Origin: Candidatus Bathyarchaeota archaeon
GTDB taxonomy: Archaea > Thermoproteota > Bathyarchaeia > 40CM-2-53-6 > RBG-13-38-9
Length of the DNA: 64,000 bases
Assembly: GCA_963807605.1 (NCBI GenBank)
Contig: CAWECG010000001.1
Location: 384,001 to 448,000, forward strand
Reading direction: 5' to 3'
The notes beneath the pieces were generated by a model. That model saw nothing but the letters and a program-made list of their open reading frames with translations. It had not been told where the DNA came from and did no database searches. Positions 32,727 to 43,113 of the stretch are shown here, one piece after another. Both the position numbers and the translations under genes were made by a program. Positions within the stretch are counted from its first letter, which is position 1. Each line of letters starts with the position of its first letter.

Positions 32727-33308
32727 ATGAGTGTAAAAAGTAAAATCACCCCACTTACGATGGCAGTGATCATCATAGTGGTTATAGGCTCAACGCTAGC
32801 GATGAGCGTCACATTTACAACGGCAACAAATGCAGCGCCAGATAAAACAAGCACATCGGGGAGCAGATACCTTAACACGGCTCACCGCATGCATGGAAAC
32901 TTCTCCGCATCCAGACACGGAAATCAAAGCAGGTCTTGGAACGTGACAACTACTTCAGCGCAGGCCCAAGCAGTAGTTACCGCAGCTATCCCCAGTTTCA
33001 CTATCGGGGGGGCGAAGGACAGTGGCAGCTTATGGATGGTGAACGTCACATACAATAGTACAGTGGTTATGAACGTGCCCGTAGCAAAGGTCAATACCCC
33101 AACGTCTGGAGATGCTGTGAATGCTGTCCAAGCCTCTCAGGGTAAGGGCTGGACCGCTGGGACTCCAAAGCAATTCGCATTCATGTACAACGTGCCCATC
33201 GTAGATTCAAACGGCAACACTATCGCCAGTGTCAGGGTAGACGGTAGGACCGGCCACATCATTACTGGAAAGATGTCCGCCGGATTCCGAATGCATGCGC
33301 ATGCGTAA
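32727..33308 (+). CDS. Secreted protein with a PepSY-like C-terminus; N-terminus shared with 23445..24104
   Basis: Signal anchor; V.VDG.TG.I motif. Confidence 0.75.
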   Translation: MSVKSKITPLTMAVIIIVVIGSTLAMSVTFTTATNAAPDKTSTSGSRYLNTAHRMHGNFSASRHGNQSRSWNVTTTSAQAQAVVTAAIPSFTIGGAKDSGSLWMVNVTYNSTVVMNVPVAKVNTPTSGDAVNAVQASQGKGWTAGTPKQFAFMYNVPIVDSNGNTIASVRVDGRTGHIITGKMSAGFRMHAHA

Positions 33309-33612
33309 GCACCCAGACCAACTAGTTCACACTCGGACCGAAACCTCCTTCTACCTCTCTTCTTGACTCGAAAGAGAATCAAACCCGCCGGAGACGGAAC
33401 AATACAGTGGACGCAAGAGGACCAAATTAGAAAGCAAATGCGCCTGCCAAGAAAGAAGAAGCCGTAGTCATGCTCGCAAGAAGACCGAGGAGGGGCCGGT
33501 CACACAGCTGCCCCTCTTTTCGCCTGCTTCAACACCGGACACAGACGCAGTCCAGAACCCGCATCTTGCAGGAACCAGTGATAACACTTTGCATAAGAGT
33601 CCAGCCAAGCAG

Positions 33613-34065
33613 CTAGATTCGATAGATTTCACCCAGCATCTTTAGTAGCTTCAAAATATGCGGGTTCAATAGTTTCTTGTCCATGTCGGACATCTGACCA
33701 TATGCCTTCAGCTTCTCCGGCCTGAGATCTTCGAGGATTATCCGGATCTCGATTAGTGTACTATACACCCAGCGGCTGAGAGACTTTTCATCCCTTTCTA
33801 GTTTAAATTTCTCTTTGAGCTGTCTGATCTCATCAAGCATGGACGTCGCAACATTCAGTATTTTCTTCTTCGTCTGAGGATCAACATCATAAGTAGTGGA
33901 TTGAAGGATTGACCCAAAGTCCTTGCTATCTTGCTCTAGCTTCTCAGTTATCGTATGAAGGTCCTTTTCAATGATTACCAGACTGCTTCCCAAGGCTCTC
34001 CTGTGGCTTTCATTCATAACCCTCACCTCATTGCAAAGCTGGAGCCGCTCTCCTAAAGTGAGCAT
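33613..34065 (-). CDS. Hypothetical helical protein
   Basis: LEDLRPEKLKAYG motif; 150 aa. Confidence 0.7.
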   Translation of the reverse strand: MLTLGERLQLCNEVRVMNESHRRALGSSLVIIEKDLHTITEKLEQDSKDFGSILQSTTYDVDPQTKKKILNVATSMLDEIRQLKEKFKLERDEKSLSRWVYSTLIEIRIILEDLRPEKLKAYGQMSDMDKKLLNPHILKLLKMLGEIYRI

Positions 34066-34371
34066 CGACTATAATCGGGCCATAATGTGAGGCGCCTTTG
34101 AGTTTGCTTGTTACCCTCTCTATCACGTCGATCTCTGAACCGAAAGGCTCCTTCGTGACGTGCGCGTGTTTCCAGAACCAGACTGCCACACTTCACACAA
34201 CCCAACATCCACTAGTCTTCATTGAAGGTTGTAGAAGCTATCATCCCCCACGAACGCTAATGCAGGGGCAGTTAAAGGCGAGCCTCATCGCCTTACGTTT
34301 ACATCTAGCCTAGCGTCATAATAATAAACGTTCCCTCATCCTTTCCAAAAATCACAAGATAGTGTTCATCC

Positions 34372-34900
34372 ACCCTAGCTGGTGAGCACACACACAAATA
34401 GTCTACTCTAACGGTTCAAATTATGGTGCTCTCACCAGCTATAACACACACCACACACACATGATAACTGCTCGCTACGCTCGCAGAACATACTGGCAGC
34501 AGTATAGGGTGCGGTTTCAATAGTTGCCGAAGTCTATTGTTTTATGGTTTGAATGGTTTTGGTTTACAATATAATACAAGAATACGCAATATCTCATTTC
34601 ATACCTAAATCAACATATGCAGATACCGGAAAACCAACAATACTAAACATACGCTAACAATACTAAAAATACTGGAAAAATATGACCTAAACAATACAAA
34701 CCAACAGAGAACAAAACAAACAACAAACAAAGAAACAAAGACATAAAGAAAGACATAACTCGACCCGGAAAAAAACAAGGAAAACTAATACAAAACTAAC
34801 AGTAAGCAGCAAAAAAAGTAACAAACTATGGCATACAACACATGATTCTGAAGTGCTAACCAGCTAAGGCACCACCACCAAGAATTACTGCTAGCTTCGT
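34372..34900. repeat. Long modular element: two-arm unit, GNA hairpin, TG tail, A/C-rich tract, second degenerate unit
   Basis: Matches 10925-11090 and the other elements. Confidence 0.8.
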
Positions 34901-35380
34901 TCGCAGAGGTGAAGGTGTAGTTTGCATCCAAGTCAGTGCTAATACTGGAAAGGAAAACCAAGGTAGAGTTTTCTTTTTCGCTGTGAGTTTGGCTTTGAGT
35001 TCAGGATCTCAACAATCACGAAGTTGTTGGCTGCCGCACTAACCTTGTAGTGCGCGACCTTTACCCATTACGCGTGTTTTCTTGGAATTGAGATCGAGTA
35101 GGAGAAAGGTTGATTCTGGAGTGTAAGCTATCGATTTTTCAGATTTTATAACGATTGAACTTTCACCTGTTTTGCTAATCGTGATAGGGACTGTCTGCAT
35201 GCGCGCGCGCGTAGTTGAGATGATGAGGACTAGCGCGTGCAGGGCCCCTCCCGAGCCTTCATGGACAATCTGAAGAAAGAACTCTCACTCCGCTAAGAAC
35301 CCAGAATGGGTCAGGGAATAGCGCGCTACTGCACGAAATGGTTAAGAGTTCAAGCTTAGAAAGATACGCTGGTCTGAGCA

Positions 35381-35803
35381 TTGTCGCATCCTTCATTAAG
35401 GGAGTTTTATGACAAATTCAAGAATGAGCCGCCAGAGGCTGTTCAAAAGGTAGCCTTCGAAATGGGTCAGGCCCAAGGTCGCAGTTCCGCGCGAAAAATC
35501 AGCCTAAAGGGCAACGATGTGGAGGCTCTTGCTATGCTAGGTAACGCCGCGTTCAGAGAGCTAAAGTGGGGTGATTCGTGGACCGTCGAGGGCGATAAAG
35601 TTGTATTAAGAGCTGGATATTATTGCCCAGTTATGGTCGCTGCCATATCGCTCAAATTGTCTTGGGAGTGGTTAGACCAGAATTTTGCATTTCCATTTTT
35701 GAAAGGTTTTGTGTCGGCCGTCAATCCAAATATTGAATTCAAAATAGGAAAGCAGCGGTGTAAAGGAGATCCCATTTGTGAACATTTTTTCAAAATAAAA
35801 TGA
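35381..35803 (+). CDS. V4R/ATC-hydrolase-like small ligand-binding protein
   Basis: CP...; C..GD..CE motif. Confidence 0.65.
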   Translation: MSHPSLREFYDKFKNEPPEAVQKVAFEMGQAQGRSSARKISLKGNDVEALAMLGNAAFRELKWGDSWTVEGDKVVLRAGYYCPVMVAAISLKLSWEWLDQNFAFPFLKGFVSAVNPNIEFKIGKQRCKGDPICEHFFKIK

Positions 35804-35835
35804 ACCATACTTCATCTGAATAGGAAGGCTGTTGC

Positions 35836-36999
35836 GTGAAGGATAATTCCTTACAGGTTGCCACACCCCGTTGGGTTCACATATCTGTTTTTGCGATCAA
35901 TCAAAAAGATGAAGCTGAATCAAGCCAAAAAGTCCTCCAGTGCATAAGGGATAAGTTTTCCTCAAAATCAATCATCGCTGACTCCAACGGCGCCGAATTC
36001 TCAATAGACGGCAAGGAATGTTCCGTCAGGTTACTGGAGCAATCGGATTGTCATATTTTTACTGTGACTATTGATTCATCAAATGCTGATTATGTTTCAA
36101 AGAATTGGGAGAATGACGTTTCGAGTTATCTTCGATACGCCAATCTTATTTTGCAGATGTTGCCCAAAAACCCCATTTCGGAATTCACCATTTTCATTGG
36201 ACTTACGGATAGCCAGATTGATGCCTTGAGTTTGCTGCAACAGTATTCAGGTTACTTTGGGTCCCCCGATAAAGCTAGAGGCATCACGCGCAACTGTCTT
36301 GTTGCTACTTTTGAGAAAGCAAAAACAATGGATTGTGACTCTGTAGGAAGGAACTTTTTGATATCGCCTTTTGGTCAGAATACTCTTGAGTCAAAATATA
36401 ATTTATCAAACTTCTGTGAGGACCTCGCTCAATCTGCATCAATTGTTGGCAGATTGAACAACTTTTGCCGGTTGGATGAGCCTTTCTTCAAAACTATCAC
36501 GGCTGCGGAGCAGGCAGCGCAAGTGAGGAACGAAGAAATCTTTCGAAATATTGGGAATCTTGAACAGATAGAACTTGGCGTTCTAAAATCATGGTTAGGG
36601 GAACTGACTTACATGTTCTCATCCTTATCAGTCTTGACTGGCGCTATGAGACGCGACTATGCAAAAGCTCAAGTCTACTTAACTGAAATCAATGACCTTC
36701 TCAGCAAATGGAAAGAGAAGAATTTCGAAGGATATTCAACGAACTTATCCGCAGAAGTTATGGAATGTGAAGCACTTGCAAGACCCTTCAAAACCTTCTT
36801 GGACAGATCAGACGCGTTGAGAACCCAGATAGAAACGATTCTAGATACAATCCGAACCTACTTGAGTGTTCGGCAGCAGGAGCAGACCACTGATATACTG
36901 AAGGCTACAGAAAAAAATGAGAAACTCTTGAACATTTTGACATGGGTTATTACGTTTTTCACTATTGCTTTGGTCATCTTAGAAATACTAAGACATTAA
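35836..36999 (+). CDS. Hypothetical protein with a C-terminal TM helix
   Basis: 387-aa ORF; coiled-coil region followed by a hydrophobic end. Confidence 0.7.
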   Translation: MKDNSLQVATPRWVHISVFAINQKDEAESSQKVLQCIRDKFSSKSIIADSNGAEFSIDGKECSVRLLEQSDCHIFTVTIDSSNADYVSKNWENDVSSYLRYANLILQMLPKNPISEFTIFIGLTDSQIDALSLLQQYSGYFGSPDKARGITRNCLVATFEKAKTMDCDSVGRNFLISPFGQNTLESKYNLSNFCEDLAQSASIVGRLNNFCRLDEPFFKTITAAEQAAQVRNEEIFRNIGNLEQIELGVLKSWLGELTYMFSSLSVLTGAMRRDYAKAQVYLTEINDLLSKWKEKNFEGYSTNLSAEVMECEALARPFKTFLDRSDALRTQIETILDTIRTYLSVRQQEQTTDILKATEKNEKLLNILTWVITFFTIALVILEILRH

Positions 37000-37067
37000 G
37001 CACCTATGATGTCTGATAACCGCTACAATTAGGCAATCGCACCTTATTGGGTTCGAATCGGCCGAGA

Positions 37068-37243
37068 TGTCCCTTGGTGCGAGCGTCGTAGTTTGAACCG
37101 TTAGGCACTGATTTTGTGTGTGTGTGTCCCTTGGTGAGGGGGATATGGATATCTGGCTGTTTGGTGTTGTCACGTGGATACTGATTTTTTGACGCGGACA
37201 TCCACATGGACATTTCTAAATTGAAGTGAGTTGAGCGCACGCC
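37068..37243. repeat. Modular REP-like element with a GGGATAT module, ending in GAGCGCACGC
   Basis: gtcccttggtgcgagc...tttgaaccgttag...gtgtgtgtcccttggtgag; the tail matches 13034-13139. Confidence 0.85.
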
Positions 37244-37396
37244 CCATCTCGACTGTTTAAATGCTATTTCTTGTTTATTGGCACTGCCAATGACTTGATT
37301 CCTACACTAGAAAGAGCTGCACGGCTTCCCGTAAATGTGGTGCTTATACGCTGAGCAGGGAGTATTCTAGGAGTCGAGCTCCAGAGGCTTGGTGGT

Positions 37397-37987
37397 ATGG
37401 TCTTTTCAGCTAGCAGGTTGAGAATCCGGAGTCATCCAGAAGTCTATGAGCCTTCTGAGGATTCTGTCCTTCTGGCGAATAGTTTGGATATTGGTTCTGG
37501 GGAGAGGGTTTTGGAGATAGGTGTGGGGTCAGGTTACGTCTCGCTGGTCGCCGCTCAGAGGGCGGCTTCTATTGTTGGTATAGACATCAACCCACATGCT
37601 GCTCGACTGGCGAAGGCGAATGCCAGGTTGAATGGCGTAGCGAATGTTGAATTCATTGCGGGTGACCTGTTCTTTCCGATAATGGGCAGGTTCAACCTCA
37701 TACTCATTAACCCGCCTTACCTTCCGGAGAAGGGAGGCGCCAAGCGGGATCCCATAGAGCTGGCGTGGGATGGTGGAGAGGACGGGAGGCGTTTGACTGA
37801 GAGATTCATCAACGAAGTCCAGGATTACCTGGAGCCCGATGGGAGAGTACTCATGATTCAGTCCTCGCTCTCTGGATACGAGGAAACCGTCAGGAGCCTG
37901 TCTGGAAGGGGTTTTCAAGTCAAGACATTGGCTGAACAGAAGTTTTTCTTTGAAACCATCTATCTCATCGAGGCAAGGAGAGTATAA
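37397..37987 (+). CDS. HemK2/PrmC-family release factor glutamine methyltransferase
   Basis: VYEPSEDS, LEIGVGSG, NPPY, WDGG.DG. Confidence 0.92.
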   Translation: MVFSASRLRIRSHPEVYEPSEDSVLLANSLDIGSGERVLEIGVGSGYVSLVAAQRAASIVGIDINPHAARLAKANARLNGVANVEFIAGDLFFPIMGRFNLILINPPYLPEKGGAKRDPIELAWDGGEDGRRLTERFINEVQDYLEPDGRVLMIQSSLSGYEETVRSLSGRGFQVKTLAEQKFFFETIYLIEARRV

Positions 37988-38199
37988 TGTTCGCAGTACA
38001 ATACTATCCTGCAGAGGTTAAGACAGTTCGCATACGTAATCCACTGCAATGTGTGCAGGGCGCTAGCGTGTGCTATCATAAACTCTGCCAGGATTATTAG
38101 CGCGCACTAGCATTGAGAGTTGCCCAGTGTGTTAGCGGAGCAGGAAGCGTCTACACGTCTGCACAGGCTCTTAAGGAAATCCTCTAGCGAGCGTGGTGC

Positions 38200-38895
38200 T
38201 CATTTTGATTGGTTCCCGATGACTGTAAGTTTGCCGCTTTTGCCAACACTAACTTGCAGCTCTCCTCTAAAGGTTCTTACCTGTCCATTCTCAATTTGAA
38301 CTGTGTCACCAATCGAGACCATGTTTATTTGGTTGTTCCAGAGCGGTAACTTGATAGAACCAGTATCATCAGAGATTGTTGAGTTTGATACACCGAGAGG
38401 GTTACCCCCGTACCTCGAGAAGACCGTCCTCGCGATTGGTTTCTCAACGACCCGGGCTTTCAGATTGACCCATTTAACTCCCGAATTTACATCTTTGACT
38501 TTCATGTCGACAGGTATCGACTTTTCCATTTTGTTAAGTGTCGTGTATTCGTTCCATGGAGGGCTTTCAAGGTCAATTTCTGGCATATGCTTCAACGTTG
38601 CCCCGGTAAGGCGTAGTTGAGTGATTACCTTTTGATCTTGGGTTACGAGAAAGACACCGTCATCCTTTGTCTTTTGGCGACATTGGATCGATATGTCCTT
38701 GTACGACGATCTCTCATGCGTCCACGCATCGAAGAAACATTCAAAAAATTTGTGTGAGTCAAGCCCGTATTTCTTCGAAACGTAGAACAAGTACAAGATG
38801 TGTGTCATATCAGGCTTAAATTGCCGTTGGCCACGGGGCCTACCCCGTCCATATTGCAACATCTCTCTTCGTAGAACATGTAAGCCTGTCAACAA
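38200..38895 (-). CDS. OB-fold ssDNA-binding protein (RPA/SSB-like) with an N-terminal extension
   Basis: ISDDTGSIKLPLWN...IENG.V..FRGELQ. Confidence 0.85.
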   Translation of the reverse strand: MLTGLHVLRREMLQYGRGRPRGQRQFKPDMTHILYLFYVSKKYGLDSHKFFECFFDAWTHERSSYKDISIQCRQKTKDDGVFLVTQDQKVITQLRLTGATLKHMPEIDLESPPWNEYTTLNKMEKSIPVDMKVKDVNSGVKWVNLKARVVEKPIARTVFSRYGGNPLGVSNSTISDDTGSIKLPLWNNQINMVSIGDTVQIENGQVRTFRGELQVSVGKSGKLTVIGNQSK

Positions 38896-39081
38896 GATCA
38901 GGTTATTGTGAGTTGCCTTGCTCTTTAACTTTTGATCATCAGCTAGCGCGTGCTTACTGAGGAATCTGGATGCGACTGATACTTTGCTAAGCCCTTCACC
39001 CTGATGATATTTGGGTAGAGGTCAAGAGGCATCTTAAGAGATACTGAGCCTCTTCTCCGTCTCCTCAACGTTGTTAAGAAG

Positions 39082-39690
39082 GTGCTGCATATGGTGAATG
39101 ACGAAACCTATCGGTGGAGTTGTGAAATCTCGGCAAAGGACAAGGCGTTTGTGACTGTACAGAACGTTGTCGCCACGGCAAATCTAAAACACCGCCTAGA
39201 CCTAGACATCATCGCGCGATTATTTCCTGGAACTGAGTATCGACCAGAACAATTTCCAGGGCTTGTTTTCAGATTGAAGAAACCTAAGACCGCGACACTC
39301 CTTTTCAGCTCTGGAAAGATGGTTTGCACCGGGTCCAAGTCAGAACGGCAGGCAAAAAGAGCAGTGACAAATATCGCGGCTGAACTCAAGAGAAATGGAA
39401 TGGTAATCATTGGCAGACCCGACATTCAGGTACAGAACATTGTAGCTTCAGGCGGACTAGGCGGCTCCATCGACCTAGAAAAGACTACGTATTCACTGAA
39501 GAAGACGATGTATGAACCTGAGCAATTTCCCGGCTTGATTTACCGGATGGATGAACCGAAAGTGGTTATGCTCCTCTTCGCAAGCGGTAACTTCGTCTGC
39601 ACCGGGGCGAAGAAGGAAGAAGAAGTTCACCGCGCTGTAACCACACTTCAAGAGACGCTTGAGAAGAAAGAACTTATTGAATACAAGTAG
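39082..39690 (+). CDS. tbp: TATA-box binding protein
   Basis: Two repeats of QNVVA/QNIVA, Y.PEQFPGL, LF.SG..VCTG. Confidence 0.96.
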   Translation: MLHMVNDETYRWSCEISAKDKAFVTVQNVVATANLKHRLDLDIIARLFPGTEYRPEQFPGLVFRLKKPKTATLLFSSGKMVCTGSKSERQAKRAVTNIAAELKRNGMVIIGRPDIQVQNIVASGGLGGSIDLEKTTYSLKKTMYEPEQFPGLIYRMDEPKVVMLLFASGNFVCTGAKKEEEVHRAVTTLQETLEKKELIEYK

Positions 39691-39984
39691 GCAGACGATA
39701 TAGCCTACTCAAACACCACATCACTTCTCTAGCGTGCCCGTCAAAGGGATTTTGAAAGAGTTATCTCGATGGTTGAGACCGACCCCGTGTCACCTTCCTC
39801 CCGGGGCATCTCCTCTGTCCCAAGACTCACGCGTTCAACCTTGGTTTTTCATGAACCTACGTCTGGTTATTTCCGCGACGTCAACTGCGGTTGAAATGGC
39901 CTGACCTCTGGCTTTGAGGTTTACTAGCGCGCGCTGCGAAAGTTTTACTTAAGATATGCTAGTATAGTAATTGGAGAGTGAGGT

Positions 39985-41190
39985 TTGTTGATGGGCCAAG
40001 AACCCTATTATCCTGGTGATGAGGAGAGAGGGTGGAGAGATAGAGAGAGGAAGCAAGGTGGTGTTACTTCTAGAAGGCAGATTTATGCTCTTGTCGGACT
40101 GTTCATGATAAGTGTTCTGGTAATCGGTGTAGTTCTAGCTCTCTTGTCTACCGGAATAGGTCAAAGCGGCGGTGGGACTTGGTGGCAGAAGATCTCTATA
40201 ACACACACGCCCATCGCAACATCATCACTCGGCACGAATATAGTGGTTACCGCCAACGTCATCGGAACCCCCACAAATGTCACATTAAACTATCTAATCG
40301 TACCTAACAATGCCACATATGCAATAATTCGGACCGTTGCACCAGAGACTGTTTATATGCTCTTACTGTCGCCGGGAGGTACTCAGTATTCCTATACGAT
40401 TCAAGGCACTGAGGTGCTGGGGGACGTGACCTATTACATATCGGCTGCTGATGCCTTTGGAAACACTGCGATAACACCACAATATAAAATAGCGATTGAT
40501 GATTACAATATCCAAACTTCGCTTAAAGAGATGACTGTCTATGTGTCATATCCTGCAGCGACAACGGTTTACGTGAATTCCCTTAACAATTGGACCTCTC
40601 CAATCTCATTGAGAGCCACCGTGCTCGGTCTGCAAGCACTACCGGGAGGATTGGAAGCGGACTTTAACCCGCAGAGTGTTACACCACCGAAGGGTGGAAC
40701 AGCGACCGCAACAATGACAGTAAGGGCTACATCAAACCAATTCGTTCCAGGTGGCATCTACTACATGAGAGTGGAGGGACTTGCTTCTACTCCAAGAGGG
40801 TCCTTCATGAGAAACGGTACAATTGTAGAACTTAAGGTTCCTGACTTCAATTTCACAGTGAACCCGACAGCCCAGAGCGTGAAAAGACAAGTCGTCAACC
40901 AGATAGTCGAGCAGATAACACCCTTCAATCTCACAATAAATGTAGATCCAGGATTCGGGTCAAAGCTAGGCTTCCGTACTTCCGGTCTGCCCACAACTGG
41001 ATTATACACACGCTGGGTTGTAGCAAATTCTACTTTTTACACGACAGGAACAACCATTGTGACTCTTCAGATCGTAACAAATACCTCGGTTCAAACAGGC
41101 AGTTATACGTGTACTATTTACGTTTCAGGTGGAGGGCTCGAGAAGTGGCAACAAGTCTCATTCGTTGTATTAGCATCCACGCAATCATAA
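39985..41190 (+). CDS. Membrane-anchored Ig-like surface protein
   Basis: N-terminal TM; Thr-rich beta repeats. Confidence 0.8.
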   Translation: MLMGQEPYYPGDEERGWRDRERKQGGVTSRRQIYALVGLFMISVLVIGVVLALLSTGIGQSGGGTWWQKISITHTPIATSSLGTNIVVTANVIGTPTNVTLNYLIVPNNATYAIIRTVAPETVYMLLLSPGGTQYSYTIQGTEVLGDVTYYISAADAFGNTAITPQYKIAIDDYNIQTSLKEMTVYVSYPAATTVYVNSLNNWTSPISLRATVLGLQALPGGLEADFNPQSVTPPKGGTATATMTVRATSNQFVPGGIYYMRVEGLASTPRGSFMRNGTIVELKVPDFNFTVNPTAQSVKRQVVNQIVEQITPFNLTINVDPGFGSKLGFRTSGLPTTGLYTRWVVANSTFYTTGTTIVTLQIVTNTSVQTGSYTCTIYVSGGGLEKWQQVSFVVLASTQS

Positions 41191-41544
41191 ATGGAGTAAA
41201 TGATGCAACATACACCTTTGATCATGGCGAGCGTGGCGAGCCATCCGTAAAATGAAGAGATGGTTTGGGAGATTCTTCTCCCAACATGAGTGAGAGGAAT
41301 AATTTTTGCTCTTCAGAATATGGTGTTGATTCAGCTCATCGCTGCCATAATGCCTCCTCTAGTCTTATCGAACACCAGCGATGAGTCCATCGTAACTGTA
41401 TCTGACGTATCCTGTCGGTCATGTTAAGCTGAGCGCACGTTCAACGACGCTATCCAACCTAGGTACTCTATGTTTCTAGACAATATGCTATGGTTGCTTC
41501 TACGTGTGCGCTTAAGTTGCTGTTACAAGATAGCCGCGGGCACC

Positions 41545-42291
41545 ATGAAGCCCGTTCTTTTTTTATTAATACTGTCTATTGTGCTCACGCCGTCTTTCGC
41601 TCCATCAGGAGCGCTATCAAACTCTGCTTTGAGGTTTAACAAGACTGGAACGAGTTTAAACTGGTCAGGTTATGTGGTCGAAACAAGTCTTACTTCACCA
41701 CAGAAGGGAGCTGTAACAGATGTTAAGGGCACGTGGATACTTCCTTCAGTTCATCATTGGATCATGCCATACGCTGCTTCCTGTGTTTGGATAGGGATAG
41801 ATGGTAATTCCTCTATTGAACAAGTAGGAACTGATTCTGACTATTGTCAAGGAACGCCAACATATTATGCTTGGTATGAGATGTATCCAAATAATGCTGT
41901 AATGGCAAACCTGAAGATTTCTCCTGGAGACAAGATATCCGCCGAAGTCAAATACCTGGGACAAGATAACTTCCGACTGATGATTAATGACACAACGACT
42001 GGGAAGAGCTTTTCAACAACTCAAAAAGCGCCCGCTGCTCAAGAATCGTCTGCTGAATGGATAGTGGAGGCGCCATCTTATTCATGGCGCATTCTGTCAT
42101 TAGCAAATTTTGGAACTGTTACTTTCACAAACGCTCAGGCAACTCTGAACGGACATACCGGTACGATAAGCGATGCTGCATGGAAATATGATGCAGTAAC
42201 TATGACTACGTCTTCCGGGACCGTCAAAGCCCAAGAATCAACTCTTTCAAGTAGCGGAACAAGCTTCTCAGTGATATGGCATAATTTATAG
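41545..42291 (+). CDS. G1-family glutamic endopeptidase (eqolisin, peptidase A4)
   Basis: NWSGY, WIGIDG, Q.GT, AWYE.YP, SAEWIVEAP; signal peptide from ATG 41545. Confidence 0.9.
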   Translation: MKPVLFLLILSIVLTPSFAPSGALSNSALRFNKTGTSLNWSGYVVETSLTSPQKGAVTDVKGTWILPSVHHWIMPYAASCVWIGIDGNSSIEQVGTDSDYCQGTPTYYAWYEMYPNNAVMANLKISPGDKISAEVKYLGQDNFRLMINDTTTGKSFSTTQKAPAAQESSAEWIVEAPSYSWRILSLANFGTVTFTNAQATLNGHTGTISDAAWKYDAVTMTTSSGTVKAQESTLSSSGTSFSVIWHNL

Positions 42292-42312
42292 AGCAGCACC
42301 TTTTCTTGAAAC

Positions 42313-42367
42313 GCGTCGTCGCTCACCGAGGGATACGTCGTCGCCTTAGCTGGTGAGCACACACACA
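42313..42367. repeat. Modular REP-like element
   Basis: cgtcgtcgctcaccgagggatacgtcgtcgccttagctggtgagcacacacac. Confidence 0.82.
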
Positions 42368-42451
42368 ATATGCTACTCACTTACGCACGTCGACAACCTC
42401 GACGTAACTTTTTTAATATAACGCCAAAGCAAACATAACTGTGTTAAGACA

Positions 42452-43003
42452 ATGAATGATCGAACTGTGGCAGGGTCTCTCCTACTAGTCGGCAACGCCC
42501 AATACATCATTAGTATAATTGTGTCGGAGTCTGTATACCCTAATTACAGCATTTCTCTTAACTATATCAGCGACCTGGGCGTAGGCCCTACAGCCGCAAT
42601 CTTCAATTTCTCAGTATTTCTAGCCGGTTTGATGGGCATAGTAGGCACCTATTTCATTCATCGCGAATTTCACAACCGTGCGTTCACAGCATTCATTGGT
42701 CTCTACGGCATCGGAGCGATGGTCGTGGGCATCTTTCCAGAAACTACGGGTCTACCTCATTTAATAGCCACTACCACAGCCTTTCTTTTTGGAGGATTAG
42801 CCGCGATCACTGCCTACAAATTTGAGAAAAAGCCATTAAACTATTTCTCAGTCATTTTAGGAGTATTATCATTGACTGCGATGATTCTCTTCATTGGCCA
42901 TGCTTACCTCGGCCTTGGGAAGGGGGGCATGGAGCACATGATCATTTATCCACTATGGGTTTGGGAAATTGCATTCGGAGGACACCTGATTAACAATCAG
43001 TAG
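42452..43003 (+). CDS. DUF998 membrane protein
   Basis: YP.YS...NYISDLG and G.FPE. Confidence 0.85.
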   Translation: MNDRTVAGSLLLVGNAQYIISIIVSESVYPNYSISLNYISDLGVGPTAAIFNFSVFLAGLMGIVGTYFIHREFHNRAFTAFIGLYGIGAMVVGIFPETTGLPHLIATTTAFLFGGLAAITAYKFEKKPLNYFSVILGVLSLTAMILFIGHAYLGLGKGGMEHMIIYPLWVWEIAFGGHLINNQ

Positions 43004-43113
43004 AAGGCAAACTAAGATCATAGTGACGCCTGCCGATTTTGAGTCCGTCCGTGCTGATAGGTATAATCTGTCTTATTAGTCACGCACCTGTCACATTACT
43101 ATGATGAGTTGTC

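Noticed and set aside
34372-37106. Canonical integron attC sites (CTAAC/GTTAG boxes)
   Set aside because: The box is single and central rather than paired at both ends, genes are not co-oriented, and no IntI is present in the window.
12951-42367. Repeats as a CRISPR array
   Set aside because: Copies are kilobases apart, variable and modular; there are no regular spacers and no cas genes.
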